A DNA stretch of 64,000 nt from a virus. A model generated the notes under the pieces. It searched no databases, was not told where the DNA came from, and was given only the letters and a program-made list of their open reading frames with translations. A program made the position numbers and the translations under genes. Positions 18,728 to 28,669 of the stretch are shown piece by piece. The DNA is taken from positions 4,268 through 68,267 of IMG/VR virus record IMGVR_UViG_3300008050_000038. The stretch is one strand, 5' to 3'. Position 1 is the first letter of the stretch. Every line of letters starts with the position of its first letter.

Positions 18728-19426
18728 ATGACTTTAAATGAAATAGCATACAATTTACTAAACCTTGTTAGAGGAGGTAGATCTAATAATGATGAACATA
18801 TATCTTTGTCTCAAATTAAATTTAATATTAAACATTATAGAGCAATGTTTATTAGGAGAGATTATGGGAAAAATGGATTTGTAAGTAGACATGTAGAACA
18901 AGATTTAGGATGTGTTAGAGTAGAACCAGTTGACGCTTCTAAGTGCTGTAACTTAGATACAGCGTGTCCTGTATACAGAACAGTTAAACCATTGCCTAAA
19001 ACTATTAGGTATAATTTTGAAGAAGCTATTTCTCATGTAGGAGATATTACAGGCATAGGTACAATACCTATGGTTAATTCTAATACAATACAATGGTTAC
19101 CTTTTGATAGATATACAAAAGGAAAAATGAAAGCATACATGATTGAAGATTATTTGTATGTATATAATGCGGAAGGGTTAGAAGCTATAAATGTTAGAGG
19201 TGTTTTTGAAGATCCTCAAGATGTTTCTAAATTTGATGAATGTGAAGAAGGTGGATGCTATGATGATAGTAAACATCCTTTTCCAATACCTATGGATATG
19301 TTAAGTTTAATCAACCAAGGTATATTAGCAGGAGAACTTCAATTGCTGTCTGGATCTTTCAGCGATACGGATAATGATAGAATGCAAGATCCAAAAACAG
19401 TAAGAGGCACAGCCCCTAAAAAATAA
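18728..19426 (+). CDS. Tail ring/tubular protein (crAss-like)
   Basis: 232 aa; MTLNEIAY...IKFNIKHYRAMFI and YLYVYN...INVRGVFEDP...FPIP match the crAss-like ring protein pattern as I recall it. Confidence 0.7.
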   Translation: MTLNEIAYNLLNLVRGGRSNNDEHISLSQIKFNIKHYRAMFIRRDYGKNGFVSRHVEQDLGCVRVEPVDASKCCNLDTACPVYRTVKPLPKTIRYNFEEAISHVGDITGIGTIPMVNSNTIQWLPFDRYTKGKMKAYMIEDYLYVYNAEGLEAINVRGVFEDPQDVSKFDECEEGGCYDDSKHPFPIPMDMLSLINQGILAGELQLLSGSFSDTDNDRMQDPKTVRGTAPKK

Positions 19427-19450
19427 TAACTTTAATAAAAACTAGAAATA

Positions 19451-20452
19451 ATGAAAAAAATGATGTATAAAAAAGCTGGAATGAAGTATAAAAAAGGCGG
19501 ATCAAAGCCTGATTACTTAGACATGGACGGTGATGGCAACAAAAAAGAAAGTATGAAGTCTGCTATCAAACAAAAAAGTAAAATGAAAAAAGGAGGTAAA
19601 AGACAAATGGGTGGGGGAGCTCCTGCGCAGTCTTTTATTGAACCACCAATGGAAAGACCTTTTGATAGTAAAAATCAATTTGTAGCTCAAAGCGGTGGAG
19701 AGCGTATGAAAACTTTAAAGAAAGACCAAAGAGAAGAAAGAAAAACAGCTAGAAAAAATAGAAGAGCAGATAGAAAAGCTGACAGACAAGCAGTTAGGGA
19801 TTTAAAAAAGTCTTCTAGAAAATCAAGAAACGCTAAACCGTTTGTAGATGGAGCAGGTCCTATTGTAGAAATGTCTAGAGGTGAAAAAAGAGAAGACAGA
19901 AGAGCTACAAATAAAGCAGCAAGAGCTTTTAAAAAGCAAGAAAGAAAAGCAAGACGTACGTCTAGAAAAGAATTGAAAGCTGGACAAAAATCTGCAAGAC
20001 AAGAACAAAGAGGTCAAAACAAAATAGGTAGAGAAGAGCAAAAAAATAAAAAATTAAATACTTTAAACAAATCTGAAAGCTCATCTGTTAAACCTGTAAT
20101 TAAAAAGAAAAAGACTATAGATCCAAAGGAGGCTGGAAAAAACGCTGGAAAAATAGTAAAAAATGTAGCTAAAAAGGTAGTGGAAAAATCAAAAGAACAA
20201 TCTTTTGGAGATGCTTTTAAAACAAACAGAGCTGCTGGTAAAAAAGAATTTACTTGGAAAGGTAAAAGATACCATACTAGAACTAAAAGTGAAGAAGCTA
20301 AGAAAAATAAAAAAGAACCAGTAGGTAAAACAACTGAAAGTAAACGTCCAAAAGGGTTTCCACAAAAAAACGAAACTGTTGTAGAGCGTACAAAAAGGCA
20401 AATGATAAATCCTTATGCAGGACCAAAGTTTAAAAGAGGAGGTAAAAGGTAA
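19451..20452 (+). CDS. Very basic, low-complexity internal virion/DNA-binding protein
   Basis: 333 aa, Lys/Arg-rich, with KPDYLDMDGDGNKKESM, SFGDAFK..RAAGKKEFTWKGKRYHT and several KKGG/QxGG motifs. Confidence 0.65.
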   Translation: MKKMMYKKAGMKYKKGGSKPDYLDMDGDGNKKESMKSAIKQKSKMKKGGKRQMGGGAPAQSFIEPPMERPFDSKNQFVAQSGGERMKTLKKDQREERKTARKNRRADRKADRQAVRDLKKSSRKSRNAKPFVDGAGPIVEMSRGEKREDRRATNKAARAFKKQERKARRTSRKELKAGQKSARQEQRGQNKIGREEQKNKKLNTLNKSESSSVKPVIKKKKTIDPKEAGKNAGKIVKNVAKKVVEKSKEQSFGDAFKTNRAAGKKEFTWKGKRYHTRTKSEEAKKNKKEPVGKTTESKRPKGFPQKNETVVERTKRQMINPYAGPKFKRGGKR

Positions 20453-20925
20453 TGATTCATAACCTAAAAGAAATATATGAAGATTATTGTAAAACAAACG
20501 GTGATATAGATAAAGCTTTGTTTACAGATTTATGTCATCAATTTAATATAATGATAATAGATTATATTTTAGAAGGTAAAGAATTTAATATGGGGCATAA
20601 CTTATCCACTATATCTATTACTAGGAGAGACAGAGATCCTCGATCTCCTAGAATAGATTGGGGAGAAAGTAATAAGTATAAGAAAGAGTTACTAGAAGAA
20701 GGTAAAAATTTATATGACTCTATAACAGAGCTTGGAACTAAATGGTATATATATCACACTGATGAGTTTTACTGTAGATATTATTGGAGAAAAGGTAAAT
20801 GTAAAGTTTCTAATAAATCTGCCTATAGGTTTGATGCCACTAGAGGTATAAAAGGAAACAAAGAAAAGTTAATCACTCTTTTAAAAGAAGATGACTTAGC
20901 TTATTTAAAATTTAAAAAACAATAA
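20452..20925 (+). CDS. IHF/HU-like DNA-binding protein of crAss-like phages
   Basis: 157 aa; ILEGKEFNMGHNLSTISI and IDWGESNK...YYWRK. Its position before the ring/muzzle genes is typical for this group. Confidence 0.65.
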   Translation: MIHNLKEIYEDYCKTNGDIDKALFTDLCHQFNIMIIDYILEGKEFNMGHNLSTISITRRDRDPRSPRIDWGESNKYKKELLEEGKNLYDSITELGTKWYIYHTDEFYCRYYWRKGKCKVSNKSAYRFDATRGIKGNKEKLITLLKEDDLAYLKFKKQ

Positions 20926-20926
20926 C

Positions 20927-21085
20927 ATGGCTAGAAAAGGAAAGAAAAAAGGGTCTGATGGTAAAGCTTGTTGGGAAGGGTATTACTATGCGGGTTATGA
21001 TTCTAAAAATAAAAAAGATATTTGTAAACCTGTAAAGAAAAAACAAACAGGAGGATTTATAGAGCCTCCTATTGAAACTATATAA
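20927..21085 (+). CDS. Small 52-aa basic protein with CWxGY...CxP motif (not in ORF track)
   Basis: MARKGKKKGSDGKACWEGYYYAGYDSKNKKDICKPVKKKQTGGFIEPPIETI*. It fills the gap with 1-2 nt spacing on each side. Confidence 0.7.
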   Translation: MARKGKKKGSDGKACWEGYYYAGYDSKNKKDICKPVKKKQTGGFIEPPIETI

Positions 21086-21087
21086 TT

Positions 21088-21972
21088 ATGAGTATATACA
21101 AAACAGTATCAAGTAAAGTAGTAATCAGAAAAATATTTAGAGATCTTAAACCTTCAAAAGATAATTGGATAGATGACGCTATAGAATGGATAGGAGAAGC
21201 TTTAGAGCATATTGGGGCTGCACCACAGCTATGTCAAAAACAATGTGTTTTAAATATTAAAGATCATAAAACAATGATGCCTTCTGATCTTTACTATATA
21301 AATCAAGTAGCAATTAATAATAAAGTTTCTATTGCATCTTCTGAAGAACTAGACACATTAACATCTAAAGTAAAAGACTTACAAGATCAAATTAAAGATG
21401 CGCAAGCAAATGGATTAGAATACTCAGATACAGCTTCAGTATTACATGATATAAATAGTAGAATTGTAATATTAGAAAATGTTTATTTTTCAGGAGATGT
21501 TAATATGCAACCTTTACAATACGGTGCAAGTACTTTTCATAGAAGTATGCATTGTGACGGGTGTATAAATGAAAATATAAACTATGAAGAAACTTATATT
21601 GTAGATTGTGATTATATAAAAACATCTTTTAAAACAGGTAAAATATGTATAAGCTATATGGCTTTACCTATAGATGATGATTGCTATCCTCTAGTGCCAC
21701 AAGACATTAGTTATCAAGAAGCTATGTTTTGGTATGTATATAAAAAAATGTTATTGTCAAATCCACAAATTAAAAACAATGGGATAGATTATAATTTTGC
21801 AGATCAGAAATGGAAGTACTACTGCACACAAGCTAGAAACGCAGCTAACTTCCCAGACATAGATAGAATGGAAAGCTTTATGAATCAATGGGTTAGACTA
21901 ATACCACAGATAGATAGTCATGATTTAGCTTTTGAAAACTTAAACACAAGAGAAAATTTATATAGAAGCTAA
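21088..21972 (+). CDS. Tail tubular/ring protein (P22 gp4-like)
   Basis: IEWIGEALEHIG, YIKTSFKTGKICISYMALPIDDDCYPLVP and W.YYCTQARN. It lies immediately before the muzzle gene, as in crAss-like phages. Confidence 0.8.
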   Translation: MSIYKTVSSKVVIRKIFRDLKPSKDNWIDDAIEWIGEALEHIGAAPQLCQKQCVLNIKDHKTMMPSDLYYINQVAINNKVSIASSEELDTLTSKVKDLQDQIKDAQANGLEYSDTASVLHDINSRIVILENVYFSGDVNMQPLQYGASTFHRSMHCDGCINENINYEETYIVDCDYIKTSFKTGKICISYMALPIDDDCYPLVPQDISYQEAMFWYVYKKMLLSNPQIKNNGIDYNFADQKWKYYCTQARNAANFPDIDRMESFMNQWVRLIPQIDSHDLAFENLNTRENLYRS

Positions 21973-24900
21973 TGGCAGATAAGAGATTTGTAAAAGGATT
22001 ATTTAAAGATACTGGACACATTGATCAGCCAGAGGGAACGTGGAGACATGCTCGTAATATGGTTATTAACGCTACAGATGGGGCTGTATCTAATGAGGGA
22101 GGAACAAGACTTAGAGGACATTTAGGAAGTAATTCAACTATAGGAGCTCAAAATGATCAAGTAATTGGAACTATTGAAGCTTCTGAAGATAGAACAATTA
22201 TGTTTGTTACTGATGTAATGAGCGCTCCAGGAGTAGCTAGAAGTGAAATAGGTATTTATGAAGATGGTATATATACTATGTTATTTAATCCTAGTATTGC
22301 AACTAAACCTACTAATGATTTAAACTTTAGACAAAGCCACCCAATTGAAGGTACTTTTAAAATTGATTCTAAAGGAGACTTAATTGTATATTGGACAGAT
22401 GATTTAAATCCTCCTAGAACTTTTAATGTAGACAGACAAAGACGAGAAAGTACTATAGGGGGAATTTTACAGATTAGTAGGTTGTATGGTATTACTTCTG
22501 CTAACTTAGATAATATAGATATATTAAATTTGTTTCCATATTCAGGACCTGTTCCTCATATAGATATAGATGATAAAGGCACACACCAAGGATCAATTGT
22601 TGAGGGAGGTGGATTATTAACTGCAGTGTATTATTTAGCACTAGCATATGTTGATAATGATTTAACAGCTACAAACTTTTTAACTGTTTCTAATCCAATA
22701 TCTATTGTAGACGATTATGATAGCACAACTCCTACTAACAAAAAAGATGGGGCAAAAGAAGGTAGTCAAACTACTAAAGCTATTAAATGGGATATATCTA
22801 ATTTAAATGTAGATTATGGTATTTTAAGGCCTGTTGTAATAAGAAGTAAAGGAGAAGCTAGAGAAGCTTTTAAATTAAATGATGTGTCTTTTAATACTAC
22901 AACAACTAGTGTTTTATACACTGGGTTAGAAACAATTTCGGCTGGATCAGTAGAAGAGGTTATAATAGATACCATAGCATATAATAAAGCTAAAACAATT
23001 CAGCAACTAGATAATGTATTATACTTAGGAAACACATCTTCTTTACCAGATTTAGATTATCAAAAATATGCTAATAATATTAAGCTGCGAGCTAAAACAA
23101 TAACAATTGAAAACTTTGATGAATTTTATGCGTCAGTAGATAATTTTGAAAGTGGGTGGGGTAATAGACCTGTAAATGAATATGGGGGAGTAGTTTATAG
23201 TGTAGACCCAACTAAATCGTATAGATATGGCCCTAATATATTTAAATACAAAGGATACACGAGAGATGAAGTATATGCTTTTTATATAGCTTTTATTATG
23301 AAAGATGGTAGTATGTCTTATGCATATCACATACCAGGAAGAGAAGATTTGTGGGACGAAAAAGAACCTGTAAATAATTTAAATGCTCCTGACTATGGAG
23401 GCTTATGGCAAGATGATATTTATAATGTTAGCCCAGAGTATGGTAAAAGATTCCATTGGATTGACTCTACAGTAGATTCAATATCAGGCTCATCATATGA
23501 TCCTATTCAAGCAAGAAAAATGAATTATTGGGAAAACGCTACAGAGTTTTATCCTAACACAAGTAATTATGAAGTATGGGATAATACAAATGGAGGTCAA
23601 CAATTGCCTGGTAGCGCAGGAAGTATAAAGGGTTTAAATGTTAGACATCACCATTTTCCTTCTAATAGAAATAGTAGTATGAGAAGTGTGTCAGATGATA
23701 ATTGTAGAACATCTAGTAGCTCTACAGCATCTAATTATGCAGGTACTGTATATAATGAAGCAATTACAGTATTAGATGTTACTGGTGGTCAAGGAGGAGC
23801 TATTCCTAATCCAGGATCTTGGAGAAGAGTTAGATTTACTACTACAAATGGAGGCTCATATTTTAATAATACTCCAGCAATGCAAACATCTGTTAATGAT
23901 CATTGGGACAGTTCTAATTCAATTTTTACAGCTCAATCTAATATTGATGTTAGAGTTAAATGGGCTATATGGTATGAGCAAAATACTGGATTAACTACTA
24001 GAAGTTTTTGCACAAGATTAAGAACTAATCAAGGAGGATCTCCTTGGACGCTAAGTAGTGATTGCAATAATGCAAGTCCTTATGGTAGTGGTGGTAGTTG
24101 TGGAGGAAGTCAAACAGATTTTAATGCAAGTCCACAAGTGTTTGGAAATATTGCATTAACTGGAGTTAGTAGTGGTGGAGGAGTTTTAGTATCGTTACAA
24201 CCAGGAGAATCAATATGGTTAGAAGATGCGCAAAATACAACTGGAGGTGTAAATTATTATCAAGCTACTCCAGGAGAAATAAATTGTTCTGGAGGTGCAC
24301 CAGGACAACCAAATACTTGTAGTAGTGGAAGTTATAACCCACCATGTTTAAGCGCAATTGAATTTGATATTAAAAGTTCATTTTTAAATATAAACCCAGA
24401 TGATTATGCTGACGCTAAAATAAGTCATGATGTAAAAAGATTAGGATTTGATTTAGAAGATATTAAAATTCCACAATCAATAGCTGATAAAGTTCAAGGG
24501 TTTAGAATATATTATGCAAAACGAGAACATTCAAATAGAACTGTTTTAGGGCAACAAATACTTATACCATCGCAACGTAAAAGAGCTTTATTAGGAATTT
24601 GTAACGAAGCAATGTCAGGGACAGCTACTGCTGAAGCTTTACAATCTTTATCAACTTTACAAACTAATACAGAAGAGTTTTATAACATGCAACCTTATAC
24701 TTTAGCTCCTTGGGATTATCCTGTATTGCCTCACTATTATGAAACAGGAGGACCTACTAATCCTGTAGGTTCAATAAATACTACTGATTATGCTTATGAT
24801 ACATTTTCTTTTCATGACTTTTATTTACAAAGAACTAAAAACAGTTTATCTCCAGCAACTCATGTTAATATAGAATATTATGTACAAAATCTAGCGTGGA

Positions 24901-27455
24901 ATGGACCAGGATTAGAACAAGATAAAAGAATGAATACTATTCTTTTAGGAGATCCAACTGATGCAGCAGCAACAACTCCTGTTAAAGTACAAGAAAGATG
25001 GGGATGGGATGATGAGCAAAATTGCTACCCACAATTAATGGGAACTTCTATTCATATAGGAGTTAAATATAGTGCAGTTAATGGCAGAACACAACCTAGA
25101 TTGTTAGGGCAAAAGTCTAAAACATATCTAATGGGTGATACAATTTATAAAGGGCAGGCATTAGGATATGGTGCTAAACTATTTAATGAGTTTGGTGAAA
25201 GTCTTATAGCTTTAAAATTAATGGACAATCATGCTATTAATTATCGTAGAGGAAGATCTTATCCAGAATCTAATACTATAGGATATTTTGCTGATACATA
25301 TGGAGCAGGAGCACCAGAATTAATCTATGGGCATTTTGGAAATCCTGTAGATGGGTTTTCCACTTTAGTGAATAGACTAGATAATAATGGAGATTTTGTT
25401 TCAAACCATGGTTTAAGAAGTCAATCTATAATAGCTAATTTAAAAGCATTTAAAACTGATGTGTATAAATCTTTAGATAGTCAAGAATTAGTATGGACAG
25501 GATATGAGGTTTTAGGAGGTGATTTAGAAAACTTTGTTTTTGATGGATCTGGCAATATGACTGGAACTGGTAATACAGTTGACGTTATACCAGATGGAAT
25601 ATTTGGAGGAGACACTTTTATATGTAGACATGGAATATCTCCGGCTATAAAATATAGTAATGACCAAGATAATTCTAACCCAAAAAAAGCAATTCATTAT
25701 CATATTGTAGAGAGTACAGATAATATAAATTTTAGACACGAAGAGTCTGAAAAAACAATGTATTTTCCTAATACTCCAGCAAAGACTTTATTAAAAATAT
25801 CTGGTGTTGAAGATTTACATCATTTTGATAATCTAACATATAATGATAATTATTCTTTAAACAATGATGTAAGACCTGCGTTTCCTTTACCTTTAAGAGA
25901 CATACTACAAAATGACTTTCCTACAAGAGCTCATAGAAGCGCTAAGAATGACACAACAAGTATTATAGATAATTATAGAATATTCTTAGCAAATCAATTT
26001 AAAGACTTACCTAGAAACAGAGGTGAACTTTGGAAGCTTTCTAGTTTTAATAATTTATTATATTTTCATATGCAAGAAAGTTTATTTGCAGCACAAGGTA
26101 AGCAATCTATGCAAATGAAAGATGGTAGTGAAGCTTTTGTTGGAAGTGGAGATATATTTGCACAAGAACCAAATGAATTAATACAAACAGCTGGAGGGTT
26201 TGGGGGAACACAGTCTCAACGAGCTGCATTAACTACAAGATATGGATATTTCTTTGTAGATCAAGCAGCTGGTAAAGTATTTATGATGAAAGAATCTTTA
26301 GATGAGATAAGTAAATTAGGTATGAAAAATTGGTTTAAAGAAAATTTATCATTTATACTATCTCCTTATGGGATTACCGATGATAATCCATTAGCTAGAT
26401 TTGGTATTCATTGTGAATACGATTCAGAGTTTAAAAGAATATTATTAACTAAAAGAGAGGTTGTACCTACACAGCAGTTTTTAGATATGTTAGATTTGTT
26501 TTATATACCTTATGGTTCTGGTGGATCATTTTTAAATATAAGATATAATCCTGTTCAGAATACATATCAACAAGCTACTCTTTTTGGAGGATGGCAAAAT
26601 ATATCGTGGAATAATACTTCATATTTTAATCAAGATGTAACTGGATGGACTATTTCTTATTATCCAGAAATGGGATTCTGGGGAAGTTTCCATGACTATG
26701 TTCCTTATGATTATTTTAAAGACTCAAAACATTTTTATTCTTTAACTGATCAATATCCTAGACCTGTAGTATCTGCTACTGACGGTACAACTTTTGGTAA
26801 TGCTGGTATATGGAGACATAATAACACTGGAAGAGATAGTTTTTTACCTGGAGATGGTTATGGAGTGTACTATCAAGAAAATGCTGCACTTACATATACT
26901 ACATCCGCTTGGCTAGATCTTGTTAATCATCATCCTTTTGAGTTTGAATTTATTCATAATGAATATAAATCAGACGATGTTTTAACTTCTTCATTTAGTT
27001 ATACTTTAGAAACATTTAATCAAGAAAATATTAGCGTGTTAGAACATGGGTTTACACAATACTTATTATATAATACTTTTCAAATGTCAGGTATAGAAGA
27101 TTTAGAGTATTTAATAAATACAAGAAGAATAGGTAACAGTTGGAAGATAAATAAGTTTAGAGATATGGCAGCAGAGATTACAAATGTGTCTCCATATTAT
27201 ATGTCGACTGGAACTAATATTATAGGAGGAACAAATACAGGAACGATAACAACTAATCCTAATCAGAATATGTTTATATATGATGGGATGTCTAAAACAA
27301 TTAATAACTTATACTTAAATTTAGGTAAAACGTGGGATTTACAGAAGAAATTTATAGATAAATGGGTAGGAATCAGACTTATTTATAACAATATCTCAAA
27401 TAATTCATTAAATTTGTACGCTACAGATGTAGTTGTACGTAAAATGCATAGATAA
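21972..27455 (+). CDS. Muzzle / tail stabilization protein (P22 gp10-like)
   Basis: 1827 aa; KGLFKD, VYWTDDLNPPR, GYTRDEVYAFYIAF, VRHHHFP, FGGDTFI, GYFFVD and WTISY...W.SFHDYVP motifs. Confidence 0.85.
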   Translation: MADKRFVKGLFKDTGHIDQPEGTWRHARNMVINATDGAVSNEGGTRLRGHLGSNSTIGAQNDQVIGTIEASEDRTIMFVTDVMSAPGVARSEIGIYEDGIYTMLFNPSIATKPTNDLNFRQSHPIEGTFKIDSKGDLIVYWTDDLNPPRTFNVDRQRRESTIGGILQISRLYGITSANLDNIDILNLFPYSGPVPHIDIDDKGTHQGSIVEGGGLLTAVYYLALAYVDNDLTATNFLTVSNPISIVDDYDSTTPTNKKDGAKEGSQTTKAIKWDISNLNVDYGILRPVVIRSKGEAREAFKLNDVSFNTTTTSVLYTGLETISAGSVEEVIIDTIAYNKAKTIQQLDNVLYLGNTSSLPDLDYQKYANNIKLRAKTITIENFDEFYASVDNFESGWGNRPVNEYGGVVYSVDPTKSYRYGPNIFKYKGYTRDEVYAFYIAFIMKDGSMSYAYHIPGREDLWDEKEPVNNLNAPDYGGLWQDDIYNVSPEYGKRFHWIDSTVDSISGSSYDPIQARKMNYWENATEFYPNTSNYEVWDNTNGGQQLPGSAGSIKGLNVRHHHFPSNRNSSMRSVSDDNCRTSSSSTASNYAGTVYNEAITVLDVTGGQGGAIPNPGSWRRVRFTTTNGGSYFNNTPAMQTSVNDHWDSSNSIFTAQSNIDVRVKWAIWYEQNTGLTTRSFCTRLRTNQGGSPWTLSSDCNNASPYGSGGSCGGSQTDFNASPQVFGNIALTGVSSGGGVLVSLQPGESIWLEDAQNTTGGVNYYQATPGEINCSGGAPGQPNTCSSGSYNPPCLSAIEFDIKSSFLNINPDDYADAKISHDVKRLGFDLEDIKIPQSIADKVQGFRIYYAKREHSNRTVLGQQILIPSQRKRALLGICNEAMSGTATAEALQSLSTLQTNTEEFYNMQPYTLAPWDYPVLPHYYETGGPTNPVGSINTTDYAYDTFSFHDFYLQRTKNSLSPATHVNIEYYVQNLAWNGPGLEQDKRMNTILLGDPTDAAATTPVKVQERWGWDDEQNCYPQLMGTSIHIGVKYSAVNGRTQPRLLGQKSKTYLMGDTIYKGQALGYGAKLFNEFGESLIALKLMDNHAINYRRGRSYPESNTIGYFADTYGAGAPELIYGHFGNPVDGFSTLVNRLDNNGDFVSNHGLRSQSIIANLKAFKTDVYKSLDSQELVWTGYEVLGGDLENFVFDGSGNMTGTGNTVDVIPDGIFGGDTFICRHGISPAIKYSNDQDNSNPKKAIHYHIVESTDNINFRHEESEKTMYFPNTPAKTLLKISGVEDLHHFDNLTYNDNYSLNNDVRPAFPLPLRDILQNDFPTRAHRSAKNDTTSIIDNYRIFLANQFKDLPRNRGELWKLSSFNNLLYFHMQESLFAAQGKQSMQMKDGSEAFVGSGDIFAQEPNELIQTAGGFGGTQSQRAALTTRYGYFFVDQAAGKVFMMKESLDEISKLGMKNWFKENLSFILSPYGITDDNPLARFGIHCEYDSEFKRILLTKREVVPTQQFLDMLDLFYIPYGSGGSFLNIRYNPVQNTYQQATLFGGWQNISWNNTSYFNQDVTGWTISYYPEMGFWGSFHDYVPYDYFKDSKHFYSLTDQYPRPVVSATDGTTFGNAGIWRHNNTGRDSFLPGDGYGVYYQENAALTYTTSAWLDLVNHHPFEFEFIHNEYKSDDVLTSSFSYTLETFNQENISVLEHGFTQYLLYNTFQMSGIEDLEYLINTRRIGNSWKINKFRDMAAEITNVSPYYMSTGTNIIGGTNTGTITTNPNQNMFIYDGMSKTINNLYLNLGKTWDLQKKFIDKWVGIRLIYNNISNNSLNLYATDVVVRKMHR

Positions 27456-27458
27456 TAT

Positions 27459-28658
27459 ATGAAAAAGAAACGACAACATAAATCAAAATATTCAGTTACA
27501 CGAAGAAAAAGACGTCAATCAGGTGGAATGTATACTGATAATACTGTACAATCTGCTGGGCAAGGGGCTGTAGGAACAACAGCTAATGTAGTTTTTGACG
27601 AAAGCAATCCTGCTATCTTAGAAGCTAAGATGCAAAAGCTACAAGAAGCTAAGCAAAATGCTATGGATAGTAGTTCAGAAATGGCTGCTTCTGTAGAGGC
27701 ACAAGATAAGCAGGATGCACAAGCTGTAGCTTTAGCTGAACAAGAAAGTAATCAAAAATTTGAAACTGGAGAAAGTCTAGCTAAACAAGGAATGGAAGCT
27801 TATGATGAATATCAAAAAGGAGCAGCAGCACTAGCTACTAAAAAAGCAGGAAAAGTAGCAGCTGAAAAAGCAGCGAAGTCTATTGCTGGAAAAGAATTTG
27901 GAAATGTAGCTAGAAAAAAAAGTGCAGAAGAAGTTAGTAAAATGTTATCTAAAGAAGTAGTAGGTGAGGGCGCAGAACTAGCTTTAAGTAATACATCAGG
28001 AGGATCTTCTAGTTTACTAGGAGCTTTTAATGCTCCTGCACCTGCAATGCCTACTCCAGGTATAGTTCCTCCTACTCCAGCAGTTAATGCAGTTGCTAAC
28101 GCAGGAACAACAGTAGGATCAGAGATTGGTAAAACAGCAGTTAAAGAAGGAGCTAGTAAGTTTGCAGGAGTTGGAGGTGCCGGAGCAGCAGGAACGTCAG
28201 GGTTAGCTAAGTTTGCTACATCAGGAGCTGGAATAGGTACTATCGCATCTTTAGCTGGTACAGGTATTTCTATGCTATCTGATGACGGAGACCCAACTAA
28301 ATCTAATTTTGGTGAGTACTCTGGATCTATATTAAGTTCTGCAGGAACCGGAGCTTCTGTAGGGTCGTTATTAGGGCCTGTAGGTACAGCTGTTGGTGCA
28401 GGAGTTGGCGCTTTGTATGGAGCAGGTAAGCAATTTTTTGGAACTAGAAAAGCTAAAAAAGCAGCAAAAAGAGCAGAACAAGATAAAATAGCAAGAGTAA
28501 CTAAATACAATAAAGAGATTAGCAATAATCTAGCAAGTGCTAATATGCAAGCTAGAGCAGCAGAGATACAAGCAAAAACATATTCAGGATATGATCTTGG
28601 TAGAAATGTTGTTGCCAGATTTGGAGGGAATAGATTACAAATGCCTAAGTACGCATAA
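27459..28658 (+). CDS. Ejected cargo protein with glycine-zipper TM region
   Basis: 399 aa with a basic N-terminus and GxxxG-rich hydrophobic stretches (GTGASVGSLLGPVGTAVGAGVGALYG); no Cys. Confidence 0.7.
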   Translation: MKKKRQHKSKYSVTRRKRRQSGGMYTDNTVQSAGQGAVGTTANVVFDESNPAILEAKMQKLQEAKQNAMDSSSEMAASVEAQDKQDAQAVALAEQESNQKFETGESLAKQGMEAYDEYQKGAAALATKKAGKVAAEKAAKSIAGKEFGNVARKKSAEEVSKMLSKEVVGEGAELALSNTSGGSSSLLGAFNAPAPAMPTPGIVPPTPAVNAVANAGTTVGSEIGKTAVKEGASKFAGVGGAGAAGTSGLAKFATSGAGIGTIASLAGTGISMLSDDGDPTKSNFGEYSGSILSSAGTGASVGSLLGPVGTAVGAGVGALYGAGKQFFGTRKAKKAAKRAEQDKIARVTKYNKEISNNLASANMQARAAEIQAKTYSGYDLGRNVVARFGGNRLQMPKYA

Positions 28659-28669
28659 AAATATAAAAT

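Noticed and set aside
27409-27416. Bacteroidota sigma-70 -7 element TAnnTTTG upstream of the cargo genes (also 5612-5619)
   Set aside because: The position is plausible, but there is no clear -33 TTTG and the motif is frequent by chance in AT-rich DNA. It is not supportable without TSS data.
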